Part shown: positions 46,893 to 57,617 of the stretch, one piece after another
Layout: every line of letters begins with the position of its first letter
How positions within the stretch are numbered: position 1 is the stretch's first letter
DNA from: a virus
Lineage: Duplodnaviria > Caudoviricetes
Strand: one strand, 5' to 3'
Length of the DNA: 59,819 bases
IMG/VR virus record: IMGVR_UViG_3300044580_000450
Coordinates: 1 to 59,819 of that record
Notes under the pieces: generated by a model
What the model saw: only the letters and a program-made list of their open reading frames with translations
Databases searched by the model: none
What the model was told of the DNA's origin: nothing
Made by a program: the position numbers and the translations under genes

Positions 46893-47392
46893 AGAGTATA
46901 TTGTTTTGCCCCTTCTTTTAGAACTGCTAAAGCATGAAGATGAAGACTAAGTTTTAGCATATTGTCCAGATTCTTTACAATCCAGACATTTGGATAATCT
47001 AATTTTTTAAGATGAGCCATAACAAGAGCTCGGGCTCGAATACTTTCTGTTATTTGAGTCTGATATTCCATGCTGGCTTTAGCCATTTCTTCAATATTAA
47101 CATCGGGATCGATCATGACAATTATTTCTCTTCTCTGATTCAGTTTAATAGCCTGAAGAATTGAAAACCCGGTTTCTGCTAAACTCCCAAAAGCAAAAGT
47201 TTCGTCGGTAACGGGAAACAAAAGTATTTCATCATTAGCAAGATGCTCTGCTTCAATTGTTGCATCTTCAGGCTTCCAGTCGTCTTTCAGGGGATTAAAA
47301 TAAAGAATCCCTTGTTTATCATACTCCTTCATAAATGGTTCACGCCATTTAGATTTCCCGCAAGTTCCAAAAAGTCCAATTGTTATACTCAT
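46889..47392 (-). CDS. Nucleoside 2-deoxyribosyltransferase-like protein
   Basis: LFGTCG.SKWR, YFNP..DDW and GSLAE. Confidence 0.75.
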   Translation of the reverse strand: MSITIGLFGTCGKSKWREPFMKEYDKQGILYFNPLKDDWKPEDATIEAEHLANDEILLFPVTDETFAFGSLAETGFSILQAIKLNQRREIIVMIDPDVNIEEMAKASMEYQTQITESIRARALVMAHLKKLDYPNVWIVKNLDNMLKLSLHLHALAVLKEGAKQYTL

Positions 47393-47393
47393 A

Positions 47394-49364
47394 TTAAAAT
47401 TTATAAGTTAATGATAATGATCCATTTATACCCGCCATTACAAAATAAGCTGGCGAATCCCCTGATATAACTGCATTTGTTAAAATCAGGTCATTTAGAA
47501 GATTATTTACAGCTCCTTTTAGTTCAAAACCTTTCCATTTAAGGCCCCCATAAATACTCAGCAGGGCATAAGAAGGTAATGTGTGCTCATTCGAAAAGTC
47601 AATGTAAGATTTACCATTGAACTTAGCATTGAGTCCCGTATACGCGAAGCTACCCATATTATACACGGCATCATAACTCATTATTAATGAAGGTGTTAGC
47701 ACAGGTTGAAATCTTTCTTCATCTTGCTGTATACGGTTGAAAGAGAATGAGTTAGAAGCAACAAATTCCCAGTGTTTTGTAGCTTTCCAATTGGCTTCAA
47801 TCTCTAATCCACTTCGAAAAGATTTAGCAGCATTCTGATGCAATACAAGGGAATTAGGACCAACCTTTCCATTAAGAACTATTTCATTCCTAAATGCCAT
47901 ATAATAAATATTGGCATTGAAAGAAATATTATTTTTCTTATATTTCCATCCTAGCTCATTATTCAAAGCTTCTTCTGGAAGCATAGGATTAAATAAAGCT
48001 GTATCCAAATCATCCATGCCAGCAAATAAGTCATTTCGAGTAGGTTCCCTGAAAGTTTTTCCTAATCCATAGTAGATATAGGAATTGTCCTTTACTTTAA
48101 CAGATAATCCAGTACTCCAATTTAAGAAATCCCATTTTTGGGTTTCCATCGGCAATCCTCCTTTATAAGAAAAAGTTGTATGCCTGTATTGAATATCTCC
48201 GTAAAAAGAAAATGTTTTTAATTTTAATTCTCCCTTTGCATAAGGAGCTAATTCATTCCGGGTTCCCTCATTAAAATAGTTATAATACCAAGGTTCTTCT
48301 TCACTTATTTTATTATAAGTTCCTGTATGCCCTCTTGAATAAGTATAAGCATTAGTCCCCAAATTCAAATAAAAAATATTCTTTGCGGGTAAATTATAAT
48401 TGACATTCGTTCCGAACCAATTAGATCTTAATGCTAACTTCCATATAAGATCTCCCATAGGATGGGAAGGATCAAAATGACCCATATCTGTTGTATACCA
48501 ACCATCTAGGAAAGTATGATAAATGGTAGTTTTGAAATGGCCATATTGCCACGAAGCTTGATTATGGATATAAAGAAAATTGTCTATTTCATCCTTTGTA
48601 TTAGAATTGTATCTTGGATTTTTATAGATACTATCTAATGATTCTCCAAACCAAGCCATTCCATTTTTTTGGTGACCGACAAATCCATAAAGTTTAAAAG
48701 TATGTTTTTTATCCGAAAAATTTGCACCATAAAAAGAGGACCAGGAATCATTGAATGAGTTGTCTCGATAACCATCGGTGGAAGATTTGGATCCCATTAT
48801 AAAGAAATGCGGGGTATTAATTCCTGCACTCATCTGCCAAGTATTAAAGGATCCGTGAAGGAGGTTTACATTGCCGGAAAATTTATTAGCAAATTCCAGG
48901 GATGAAAAATTAATGCTCCCGCCATAGGAGGAAACCCCTGGTTTAGAAAGGCCGGCACCTCGGATAAGCTGAATGTTTGAAATTGCATTCAGAAAGCCAC
49001 CGTAGTTGTTATAATAGATACCCTGGTCCTCAGGCTCGTTTAGGGGGATTCCATTAAGAGTTGAATTAATACGAGTTTGGTCGATCCCTCTTAAACGATA
49101 GTACATATATCCCAGCCCCGTTCCATTATCTGAATAGAAATTTATTGAAGGAGTATATGATAAAAGAACTGCTGGTTCGGTTCCCATAGATCTTACAGAA
49201 ATTTCTTTTGGCGTAAGATTTTGAAAAGTGAAAGGAGTTTGTTTTGCTGCAGAATAAGATCCTGTAACAGTTACTTCACAAATATTGATAGTATCTGTTA
49301 AAGCCTGGGAAAAAGAGGATAATGAGATTCCCAGAAAAAATATTACAAGAGATTTTTTTATCAT
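47394..49364 (-). CDS. TonB-dependent outer-membrane receptor
   Basis: Signal peptide, EVTVTG, plug motif RLRG.DQTRIN.TLNGIPLN.PED, beta-barrel ending YKF. Confidence 0.92.
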   Translation of the reverse strand: MIKKSLVIFFLGISLSSFSQALTDTINICEVTVTGSYSAAKQTPFTFQNLTPKEISVRSMGTEPAVLLSYTPSINFYSDNGTGLGYMYYRLRGIDQTRINSTLNGIPLNEPEDQGIYYNNYGGFLNAISNIQLIRGAGLSKPGVSSYGGSINFSSLEFANKFSGNVNLLHGSFNTWQMSAGINTPHFFIMGSKSSTDGYRDNSFNDSWSSFYGANFSDKKHTFKLYGFVGHQKNGMAWFGESLDSIYKNPRYNSNTKDEIDNFLYIHNQASWQYGHFKTTIYHTFLDGWYTTDMGHFDPSHPMGDLIWKLALRSNWFGTNVNYNLPAKNIFYLNLGTNAYTYSRGHTGTYNKISEEEPWYYNYFNEGTRNELAPYAKGELKLKTFSFYGDIQYRHTTFSYKGGLPMETQKWDFLNWSTGLSVKVKDNSYIYYGLGKTFREPTRNDLFAGMDDLDTALFNPMLPEEALNNELGWKYKKNNISFNANIYYMAFRNEIVLNGKVGPNSLVLHQNAAKSFRSGLEIEANWKATKHWEFVASNSFSFNRIQQDEERFQPVLTPSLIMSYDAVYNMGSFAYTGLNAKFNGKSYIDFSNEHTLPSYALLSIYGGLKWKGFELKGAVNNLLNDLILTNAVISGDSPAYFVMAGINGSLSLTYKF

Positions 49365-49375
49365 TTTCTTGCGTA

Positions 49376-49798
49376 TTATAACAAATTAAATTTACTAGTT
49401 ATTGGATCTATTTTTTCTGGAAGATCCGGGCCGATTGCTACAGCAGTTATAGTAACTTTTCCTCCAAATTCTGTTAAACCAGCATCTTCAATCAATGAAC
49501 AAATAATTCCTTGTTTTTTTGCTTCATTGTAAGCCTCCACCATTTCATTTAGATTTTCTGCGCCAACGACAATTTTTTTGAAAATACCATTTACCCAGAG
49601 ATCAAGAGGGGAATCTGGTTTTACACAAAGACATTTAATGGTGTTTTCTGTCCACCAATGATTTTGATTCCACATGAGATCAAAAATAGCTTTCATTGAA
49701 GCATGAGCTCCCTGGGCAATCATTTTTCCTTTCCTCATATTGAGGTCTTTGCGAATTATGATAACTTGTTTAGGTGCATCCTCTTTATACATCCTCAT
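49376..49798 (-). CDS. pth2: Peptidyl-tRNA hydrolase Pth2
   Basis: KQVI.IRKDL.M.KGK..AQ.AHAS, KKIV, DAG.TEF and AIGP. Confidence 0.93.
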   Translation of the reverse strand: MRMYKEDAPKQVIIIRKDLNMRKGKMIAQGAHASMKAIFDLMWNQNHWWTENTIKCLCVKPDSPLDLWVNGIFKKIVVGAENLNEMVEAYNEAKKQGIICSLIEDAGLTEFGGKVTITAVAIGPDLPEKIDPITSKFNLL

Positions 49799-50389
49799 TT
49801 AATTTTTTAAGAGCATCTTTTGGCAATTCAAAAAAGGGGCTTTCCGAATCTTTTTCGGAACAGATAATTCCTTTGTTGTTCATGTAACTAGAAATATAAA
49901 GAGGGTATTCAAAAACAATTTCACCTTCTTTAAAGTTCCGGTGTAACCATTCGCATTCATTCACCGAAACATCTCTTGTCAATCGAAATCTCGGAGTTTC
50001 CATAATTTTTATATTTAGTGCCAATCGGCATTTTCATCATTGAATTCCGGTCTGTCATCAGGATCTGGATGAGCAATCTCATCTCCAAACATTTTCTTAA
50101 GCTCTTCCTGTCTTTCAAGTAAAGGCCTCCAGTTATATAAGGTTCCAGGTCTTTCAACTATCCCAACAGACATATAGTTATAATGATCCGGAGGAAGAGT
50201 TTTGGATTTTTCAATTTTATTGATAGTAGCTATACCCCCGGCAAAATCATCCGCACCTCTGTAAACATACAATGAGGTAGGAACATAAATCTTTTGTCCT
50301 ATAACAGGTTCCGGGACGGGTGGCTGATTTTCAAGGGATTTTCTCCTTTCTTCCAGCCTTTTTTCAATTTCCTTATCTTTCTTTGTCAT
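49785..50389 (-). CDS. Two hypothetical ORFs (49785-50003, 50015-50389)
   Basis: ORFs behind the promoter at 50406-50413. Confidence 0.55.
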
Positions 50390-50447
50390 TACTTTGATGT
50401 TTGTACAAATATACGAATAATTTCCCAGATAAAAAACTTTTACTAAA

Positions 50448-51683
50448 TTACTTTAAATTTAAAAGGTATTTACAAACTTCAATCATTTTTGGATCTCCAG
50501 TATGCTTTCCGTCAGCATCTGAAAGTTTAATAGTAGGAATCCATTCGTCTTCTGGAGTTGGTTTTGCTGCACTCATTTTAATAACCATATTGAGGGGGGT
50601 TATCCCGACGTCATTGGATAAATTTGTTCCAATTCCAAAGGAGCATTTAATTTTTCCGATGCAGTAATTTTGAATATCCTTAGCAGTATCCGAATCCAAG
50701 GAATCAGAAAATACGATGGTTTTGGATAAAGGATCGATCCCTAATTTTTTATAATGTGCAATGAATTTATCCGCAAATTCAAATGGATCCCCGCTATCCT
50801 GGCGAACACCATCATACAACTTAGCGTATTTCATATTGAAGGCCTTAAGAAATGCTTCTGTTGAGAAAGTATCTGCAAGCGCAGTTCCGAGACTTCCATT
50901 ATAAACATCTGCCCAATGTTTAAGACCGAGTTCATTTGCCATCTGAAATCCATATTTTGCAGCATGGAACATAAACCATTCATGAGCTTCAGTTCCTATA
51001 GGAGTTAAATTATAAAGATGTGCCAAATGAACGTTTGAAGTACCCACGAATAAGCCTTTTGCCATTCGGTTGCTTAGGTCCTCTACCATTTCTTTTTGTA
51101 CATCATAAGAAAATCTCCTTCTAGTTCCAAAATCCGCTACTTTGATATTTGCATAATTAAAAATAGCAGCTTTTTTCTGATTATTTTCGTGACGTTCCCC
51201 CTCCGATTTAATTTTGAATATTTCTTCTATCACATTAATATCATTTGGAGCTTGTTTATATTTTTCTGCTCTATCGGAATACATTTTGAAATAGAGCTCA
51301 GAAATAAGAGCCAAAATTGGAACTTCCCAAAGTATTGTTCGATACCAATAACCTTCGATATTAATTTGTAGTTCTTCTCCTTGCTGGATAATCCCCACCT
51401 CTGAAGGATCATATTTATATCCCTCAAGAAAATCAAAGTAGGAAGGATCAATATACTTGCACTTCTCAGCAAAGAATTTCTTTTCCTCTGAAGTTACTTG
51501 AAGACTAGACATCTCTTGAATTTGCTCTCTTAATTCCTTTGCAAATCCTTCGGGAAAATCCACTTTGGATCGAAGAATAAAAGTATAGCGAACTTTAGCA
51601 GTCGGGAAAAGTTTCAAGACAGCATTCATCATTGAAAACTTATATAAATCATTATCTAATAGGCTTTTAATAATTGCTTCCAT
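50448..51683 (-). CDS. pncB: Nicotinate phosphoribosyltransferase
   Basis: LLDNDLYKFSM, DFGTRRRFS, GTSNV, GTEAHEW, RQDSGDP, FSDSL and FGIGT. Confidence 0.96.
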   Translation of the reverse strand: MEAIIKSLLDNDLYKFSMMNAVLKLFPTAKVRYTFILRSKVDFPEGFAKELREQIQEMSSLQVTSEEKKFFAEKCKYIDPSYFDFLEGYKYDPSEVGIIQQGEELQINIEGYWYRTILWEVPILALISELYFKMYSDRAEKYKQAPNDINVIEEIFKIKSEGERHENNQKKAAIFNYANIKVADFGTRRRFSYDVQKEMVEDLSNRMAKGLFVGTSNVHLAHLYNLTPIGTEAHEWFMFHAAKYGFQMANELGLKHWADVYNGSLGTALADTFSTEAFLKAFNMKYAKLYDGVRQDSGDPFEFADKFIAHYKKLGIDPLSKTIVFSDSLDSDTAKDIQNYCIGKIKCSFGIGTNLSNDVGITPLNMVIKMSAAKPTPEDEWIPTIKLSDADGKHTGDPKMIEVCKYLLNLK

Positions 51684-52052
51684 CTATTTTTTGTCATATA
51701 ATTTATGAAGAATTTTCTTCTGTTTTGTTCGAAGATCTGACAATTTTTTATCAGTCTCCATAATTTCCGGATCAAGGGATAAGGCTTCTTTAAGAGCTTT
51801 TAGCTGTTCGTCGGAGATCCTTTTGACCATCATATCTCCGCAAGAATGAAGATAGTGCATTTTTATTCGGGTTCCCGTTTTTGCAGAAGACAATCTCTTT
51901 TTAAGAGAATCGCTTATACCTGTTTTAAGCAATTCGTCTAAAGAATGATAGCATCTGGGCTCTATTATTTTTCGATCCTCATAAAAAAATGGACCTACTA
52001 TTGGCCAGTCTCTATGAGCGCTGTCATACCACATGAAATATTTTTGTTCCAT
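51684..52052 (-). CDS. Hypothetical protein
   Basis: ORF. Confidence 0.55.
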   Translation of the reverse strand: MEQKYFMWYDSAHRDWPIVGPFFYEDRKIIEPRCYHSLDELLKTGISDSLKKRLSSAKTGTRIKMHYLHSCGDMMVKRISDEQLKALKEALSLDPEIMETDKKLSDLRTKQKKILHKLYDKK

Positions 52053-52055
52053 ATC

Positions 52056-52982
52056 TTAAAATATTAAAGATCCTTCGTCATCCCACTGAGCATAGAGTTT
52101 TCCATTTTCTCTAAGGATAACATATTTTAATGATTCATTATTTTCTTTTGACATACAATCATCATCAATAACGGTGCTCATTCCTTCGATTGAATAAACA
52201 AAGGCTCCAAAAGGAAGTTTATAAAGGAGTTTTCCCCTCCCAGGCTTAAATCCACCTTCCTTTTCAAACAATCTCCCCTGAATATAACACTTGATATTAT
52301 AGAGTGTTTCTTCTGTACATGAATGTTTTTGAACGTATTTTGTCTGCTCTGAATCGTCATTTCCGTGATATAATTTTCGGAAAGTAACTTGGTCGGCTCC
52401 AAGGGATTTACAGGCTTCTATAATTTGTGAAGGATGATAATTATCATATTCTTCGTACATATTGAGAGAAAGCCGTAGATTAAAACCTGAATTTTTAATA
52501 AGTCTGCATCTTTCAGAAAGGAGGAATCTCATTTTCTCAGGCATTACAATAAGATCTGCATTTCTAGCTGAATCAAAAACATTTGAAACAGAAAGAGAAA
52601 TTGTACTAACCCCCAGTTCTTTAAGAAGTGCTAAATTATGATATTTGTTTTCGATGTTACCCGTTTTTCCATTAATAGCTTCATCGCATTCATCAAGCAT
52701 GACACCGGTTGTTTGAAATTCAATATTCGGAAACGGGTGATTCATTTTACGGAAAATATCTGCAAGACGGCCAAGGAAATGGAAATTCTGAAAAGCCTCC
52801 CCTGTTCCTGTTATGATACAGGTGTTTATTCCATTCATAACGGCCCATTTTATTCTCTGGGTAATCCTGAATTCGTCGAATGAATTTTCATAATTATTTT
52901 CATGCATCCGAGAAACACAAATGGGACATTTATTAACGCATCCCCTTGTTGGAACTACGATTGAAATTGTTTGTATGTTCAT
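52056..52982 (-). CDS. Radical SAM protein
   Basis: CVNKCPIC and TGTGE. Confidence 0.85.
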   Translation of the reverse strand: MNIQTISIVVPTRGCVNKCPICVSRMHENNYENSFDEFRITQRIKWAVMNGINTCIITGTGEAFQNFHFLGRLADIFRKMNHPFPNIEFQTTGVMLDECDEAINGKTGNIENKYHNLALLKELGVSTISLSVSNVFDSARNADLIVMPEKMRFLLSERCRLIKNSGFNLRLSLNMYEEYDNYHPSQIIEACKSLGADQVTFRKLYHGNDDSEQTKYVQKHSCTEETLYNIKCYIQGRLFEKEGGFKPGRGKLLYKLPFGAFVYSIEGMSTVIDDDCMSKENNESLKYVILRENGKLYAQWDDEGSLIF

Positions 52983-53242
52983 TTCGTTTCTTTAATTGAA
53001 AATTTAGGATATTTTTTTCTTAATTGGAGTTCTTTATTAAAATGCCTCCTATAAAATCCCCCGATATGGAATTGAGTATCAAGGATGGCTTGAATATGTT
53101 CGTCACTCATATTTTTGAGAATTACCCATTTTAGAGGCTGATTCCCATTTTTTCCATAAGTCCCCCAGGTCATCCAATCCCGAACTTTTTTCCCCTTTAA
53201 CCAAAGAAGAAATTGAATTCTTAAGTAATGTAAATTTTTCAT
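52979..53242 (-). CDS. Hypothetical phage protein
   Basis: WGTYGK.G.QPLKW and MS..HI.AI..TQ. Confidence 0.6.
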   Translation of the reverse strand: MKNLHYLRIQFLLWLKGKKVRDWMTWGTYGKNGNQPLKWVILKNMSDEHIQAILDTQFHIGGFYRRHFNKELQLRKKYPKFSIKETK

Positions 53243-53859
53243 TTGTCTTTTTTATTTCTATCCCTTATAAAATCAAAGAGAACATTTTCTTCTAAAACTT
53301 TAAGATCGGCTTTTTCCATAGGGCGATTTAGCCAATCCTCCTTAGTTTTAATTCCATCGCAATTAAAAAATTTTTTATAATTAAGATTTTGAACAAGATA
53401 CCTATTATGAGTAATTATTAAAAATCCCCTATTTGGATGCTTTGCTAATTCTTCATTTAGATAATCGCAAAGGCTCATAATGAGTTCTTCCCCCATTCCA
53501 ATTTCAGGTTCATCAATAATAACAAAAGGATAATTTTTATCAAGAAGACCTTTTATAAGATCAAAAGTATTTAGGGAAGTGGGGATCCATTCGGTATCCC
53601 TCATTGCTCCAGATAAAGCTCCCCATTCTGCATTAGAGGAAGTCCGGAGTTGCATAGAAACAGATCCAAGCTGACCTTTCATATCTTTTACATCCTTCTT
53701 TTTTCTTCTAGCCAAATAAAAGATAAATTGAGTTCGGATAAGAGATTTTCCTGAACCATTGCTGCCAGTAAGAATAGAAACCCCTTTTATTGGGATTTTT
53801 TCCATGATCTTAACTAAACGGTCAATATGGCCTTCTAGGTCTTTTGAAAAGTGTTCCAT
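53239..53859 (-). CDS. ABC-type P-loop ATPase
   Basis: GSNGSGKS, IIDEPE and ITH. Confidence 0.85.
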   Translation of the reverse strand: MEHFSKDLEGHIDRLVKIMEKIPIKGVSILTGSNGSGKSLIRTQFIFYLARRKKKDVKDMKGQLGSVSMQLRTSSNAEWGALSGAMRDTEWIPTSLNTFDLIKGLLDKNYPFVIIDEPEIGMGEELIMSLCDYLNEELAKHPNRGFLIITHNRYLVQNLNYKKFFNCDGIKTKEDWLNRPMEKADLKVLEENVLFDFIRDRNKKDK

Positions 53860-53913
53860 AGGGCAAAAATACAAAAAATCCCCTAAATAAAAAAATCTTT
53901 AGGGGATTATTTT

Positions 53914-54321
53914 TTAATTTTTATTGGATTCTCCTCGAATTTCCTCCAATTTTTTTCTTAATGCTTCAGCTTTGAAATAATCTTCCTCTTCAACAGCTTT
54001 TTTTATTTCATCTTCTAAAGCTTTTTCATCAGTTAACTCAATAGGATTATCTAAAAAATCAGGTTCGACATAAACAGCCCATCCGCTTTCGCAAAGAGCC
54101 AAAGGAATTTTAAGTTGATCTGTATCTTGCCCCAAAAAGATTTTCATTAAGGGGTTTGCCTTTCTTACTAAATAAGCACACGCATTAGCAATTCCCACAA
54201 AAGTTAACTTGGCACCGACTAAAGAGAAGTCCTTATATCCATCTTCGTCTACCATTGGTTCAAGGCGGGTGATTATATCTCCTTTCTTGAAATCATAAAT
54301 TGATTTGGATTGTTGTTTCAT
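53914..54321 (-). CDS. Protein with C-terminal UVR domain
   Basis: LE..IKKAVEEEDYFKA..LR. Confidence 0.7.
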   Translation of the reverse strand: MKQQSKSIYDFKKGDIITRLEPMVDEDGYKDFSLVGAKLTFVGIANACAYLVRKANPLMKIFLGQDTDQLKIPLALCESGWAVYVEPDFLDNPIELTDEKALEDEIKKAVEEEDYFKAEALRKKLEEIRGESNKN

Positions 54322-54926
54322 ATTTGTTCTATTTCAAAGCTTTCGATAAAAGAAATCCCTGCTTTGTTAAATTCCCGCAGGGTGGGATTAATATCTGGAT
54401 CTATTGAAGCACAAGCATCTTCAATAACATAAGTATCAAATCCAGCTTCAACTGCATCCAAAGCTGTATCCTTAACACAATAATCAAGAGCTAAACCCGT
54501 TATAAAAACTTGGTTAATTCCTCGATTTTCCAAAAAATCTTGTAATTCTGTATCCCCAAATCCGCTATAAGGATGATAATCTTTTTTAGTTCCTTTCTTA
54601 AAAATATAAAAATCTTTGGGAATAGCTCCAAAATCAATATCTTTATGGAGATCAGCTCCGGGGGTATTTGCAACACAATGATCAGGCCATAATGTATCTT
54701 CTTGCCCATCCGAATTCGTATACTTCTCAAAAGGTTTCTTGCCAGTATGCTGAGAGGCAAATGCTTCCATTTCTGGATTGTGCCAATCTTTTGTAAAAAT
54801 AACTAAATCAAAGTTCGGAAAAAGCTTATTGATAACAGGAATTACCTTATCTCCTTCAGGAACAGCTAATGACCCTCCCGGGCAAAAGTCATTCTGAACA
54901 TCTACAACTATTAAAGCTTTTTTCAT
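54318..54926 (-). CDS. pncA: Nicotinamidase
   Basis: VDVQNDFCPGGSLAV, DWH, WPDHC, KG, YSGF and GLALDYCV. Confidence 0.96.
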   Translation of the reverse strand: MKKALIVVDVQNDFCPGGSLAVPEGDKVIPVINKLFPNFDLVIFTKDWHNPEMEAFASQHTGKKPFEKYTNSDGQEDTLWPDHCVANTPGADLHKDIDFGAIPKDFYIFKKGTKKDYHPYSGFGDTELQDFLENRGINQVFITGLALDYCVKDTALDAVEAGFDTYVIEDACASIDPDINPTLREFNKAGISFIESFEIEQI

Positions 54927-54945
54927 ATATCTAAAATTTTAAAAA

Positions 54946-55299
54946 TTATTCTTCTTCTTCATATTCTCCCTCAGGGTTCCAATATTGATCAAACCAGGTA
55001 ATTTCCCAAGTGGTATTTAAGATTTCTTCTCCTTCCTCTAAATCATCCCATTCCTTATTTCCAATATTTTCAATAGTGTATCCCATTTTTTCCAAATACC
55101 AAACCTGGGTTTGATCTAATCCGCATTCAATTTCAGCAGTTCCATTTCCTTCTGAAGCAGCTTTACTTATTTTTTCAAATACGTCCGATAAAGATGCTTC
55201 AATAGATTCTCTAGTTAATTTAAACATATCGCCTGCGGATACGGGTCCTTTATAAGGCTCAATTTTTTGAGACCTAAAATCATTTAAGAAGCCGTCCAT
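54946..55299 (-). CDS. Acidic hypothetical protein
   Basis: ORF. Confidence 0.55.
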   Translation of the reverse strand: MDGFLNDFRSQKIEPYKGPVSAGDMFKLTRESIEASLSDVFEKISKAASEGNGTAEIECGLDQTQVWYLEKMGYTIENIGNKEWDDLEEGEEILNTTWEITWFDQYWNPEGEYEEEE

Positions 55300-56159
55300 A
55301 TTAAGTTCCTATTTATGTTTTGAGGGTTTTCTCTTTTAAAATCCGAATTTAAATGCCTTTGAATTACCGGATGTTTTTCATAAGCTAAGGTAAGGATTGT
55401 TTTCTGAGTAGATTCGAGAGTATGCATAGAAGTCCAAACCTGAAGGACCCTATCAACCTCTTTATATCCTTCTCTTGATGTTCCACGCCAGTCAGAAAGA
55501 ATCTGGCCTAAATCTCCTAAATTAGTTACCCCCAGACCATCTGTTGCCATAGCTTGGATTGTTGTCCGAATAGCATTAATAGCTTTTGGGCTTGAAGATG
55601 GATTAGGATAATTATCTGCAATCCATTCAGCCATGTTATACACTTCTGTTTTCCAAAGACTTTGTATCATTCCAAAATCACCAACATCGCCATGCAATGT
55701 CCAAAAACCCAGAAGATATTCAGTATAATTATCAGTCGAAAGAACCATTCCATTATTCATAGAAGCAAGATTATATAAGTAAGTCATACGTAATCTCGCT
55801 TTCATATTGCCATTACGGATCTTCCATTTTTGCATTTCCTGGTTATCTATCTGGGGGTTTAATTCTGAAGACATTCTATCATAATAAAGCTCAAGAATTC
55901 TATCCTCTTTAAAATTAGTGCAAAAAGCTTCTCCGGTTTCCCTTGCCCTAAAGAGTTCATCTTCTTCATTTGTTTTAATAGGAAGGCTTCTGCCTATTAA
56001 AGCTATTCCCAATTCATCGCAAACAGGGCGAGCTAAGGCTGCGCAGAGACAGCTATCTATACCTCCAGATATTCCAATAACAAGAGATTTAAGATTTGTT
56101 TTCTGGAGATATTTTTTTAATTCCCCACGAATGTTATTTACTGCAAGTTCGTAATTCAT
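55284..56159 (-). CDS. nadE: NH3-dependent NAD+ synthetase
   Basis: GISGGIDS, GN.KARLRM, TDN.TE..LGFWT.HGD and KTEVY. Confidence 0.94.
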   Translation of the reverse strand: MNYELAVNNIRGELKKYLQKTNLKSLVIGISGGIDSCLCAALARPVCDELGIALIGRSLPIKTNEEDELFRARETGEAFCTNFKEDRILELYYDRMSSELNPQIDNQEMQKWKIRNGNMKARLRMTYLYNLASMNNGMVLSTDNYTEYLLGFWTLHGDVGDFGMIQSLWKTEVYNMAEWIADNYPNPSSSPKAINAIRTTIQAMATDGLGVTNLGDLGQILSDWRGTSREGYKEVDRVLQVWTSMHTLESTQKTILTLAYEKHPVIQRHLNSDFKRENPQNINRNLIWTAS

Positions 56160-56160
56160 A

Positions 56161-57616
56161 TTATCCTATAATTTGATGTAATGTCCAAATTGATGCATTG
56201 AAAGCCCAGATCCAAGGTAGCCACCCTTTGGATTTTCCTTTTGCGTAAGAGATTAAAAATAAAGTAAATGTTATCCATGATAAGATAGCTGGAATTATTT
56301 GAGTATTCCAAAAGACAAGCATACAAATAACAGCTACAATAGCACCTAGATTAGGATATTGCGGTTCAGATAAAATATCCAATATTTTTCTTTTTGGAGT
56401 ATGCTTCTTTTCTATTTTTATCGGATCCCCTGGAGTGACCTTGGCCCCGATCGGAAATTTTCTTTCCTTATTTTTTTGATAATCCTGATAATTCATGATA
56501 AAAATTCGGTTTTTTCGTTAACTTGTGCATTATCTGTAATTACTACCACAGATCCAGGTTTTGGTTTTATCCTTATTTCTTCAAATTTATCTACAAGCAT
56601 AAATGAGGCCTTTGAATTTAAGGATATAAGATATGATCCATCCCAGATCCAATTTCCTTTATGAATATCTGTAAATTGGCCAACATTAGGATTTAATGTT
56701 TCAAGAATAGCTTTTCTGCCAATATATGAATATTCTTCAAGAATTTTTCTTACCCTTGATCTAAAAAATTTATTTTCCTGTTCTTCGCCATTTTTTCGTC
56801 CCAGATCAAGAGCTCTTTTAATCTCTAGCTTTTCAACTTCCTTTAATAAATCAGGGCATTTTTCCTGAAGATGCTTAACAAATTTTGGGATTGATTTTTC
56901 CTGATAATCCTTTATTTCCCCTCCCATCATTGCTTGAGGTCTAAAATCAATCAGTTGAAGAACTGTCTGAGGGGTAAATAATTCTTTCTTTAAGAAAGCA
57001 CATCCTTTACCAAAGAAGCCGGTGTTTTTTTGTATCCATCCCACATCAGCCATATCCATGTGAGCATAAGGAAGAAATACATAATCCCCAATGAAAGCTA
57101 AAACATCTGAATGACTATTTAGATATGGTGTTCCCTTGTATTTTTCTTCTTCCTTTCTTATCCATTCTGAATAAGCTCTTGCTTTAGGTGTAAATCCTTC
57201 ATATTTTCTATAGGTTCCATAAGGACAAGCATGCCATCCAAAAGAGGAAGTAAAAGAACATTGGCCTCTTTTAAAAAGATCGCATTCATCAGATCTAGAA
57301 CACATTACTAATTGAACCTGTGCCTTATCTTTCTTCGAACTCTTAAAGATACTGCTATGAGGTTTAAAAAGGTGAAAATGTACGGGTTTTAAAGGTCTTC
57401 CTGTATCTTCCATGATAATTATTTTGAAACTCCGCGAACTTTATATCCCTTTATATTTGGATCATTTTCCCTTGATTCTTTCCAGAATTTATAAGGAGAT
57501 TTTACCTTTGAATAAATTCTTGAAGGCCCCGTTGTAAAAAATATTTCAACGTCAAATCCCCCTGGTCTGTGAGAAAGAGGATTAGTTCTGTATTCATCTT
57601 TAACAAAAAATCCCAT
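56161..57616 (-). CDS. Three hypothetical ORFs (56161-56496 membrane protein, 56493-57413, 57419-57616)
   Basis: Packed ORFs. Confidence 0.55.
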
Positions 57617-57617
57617 C

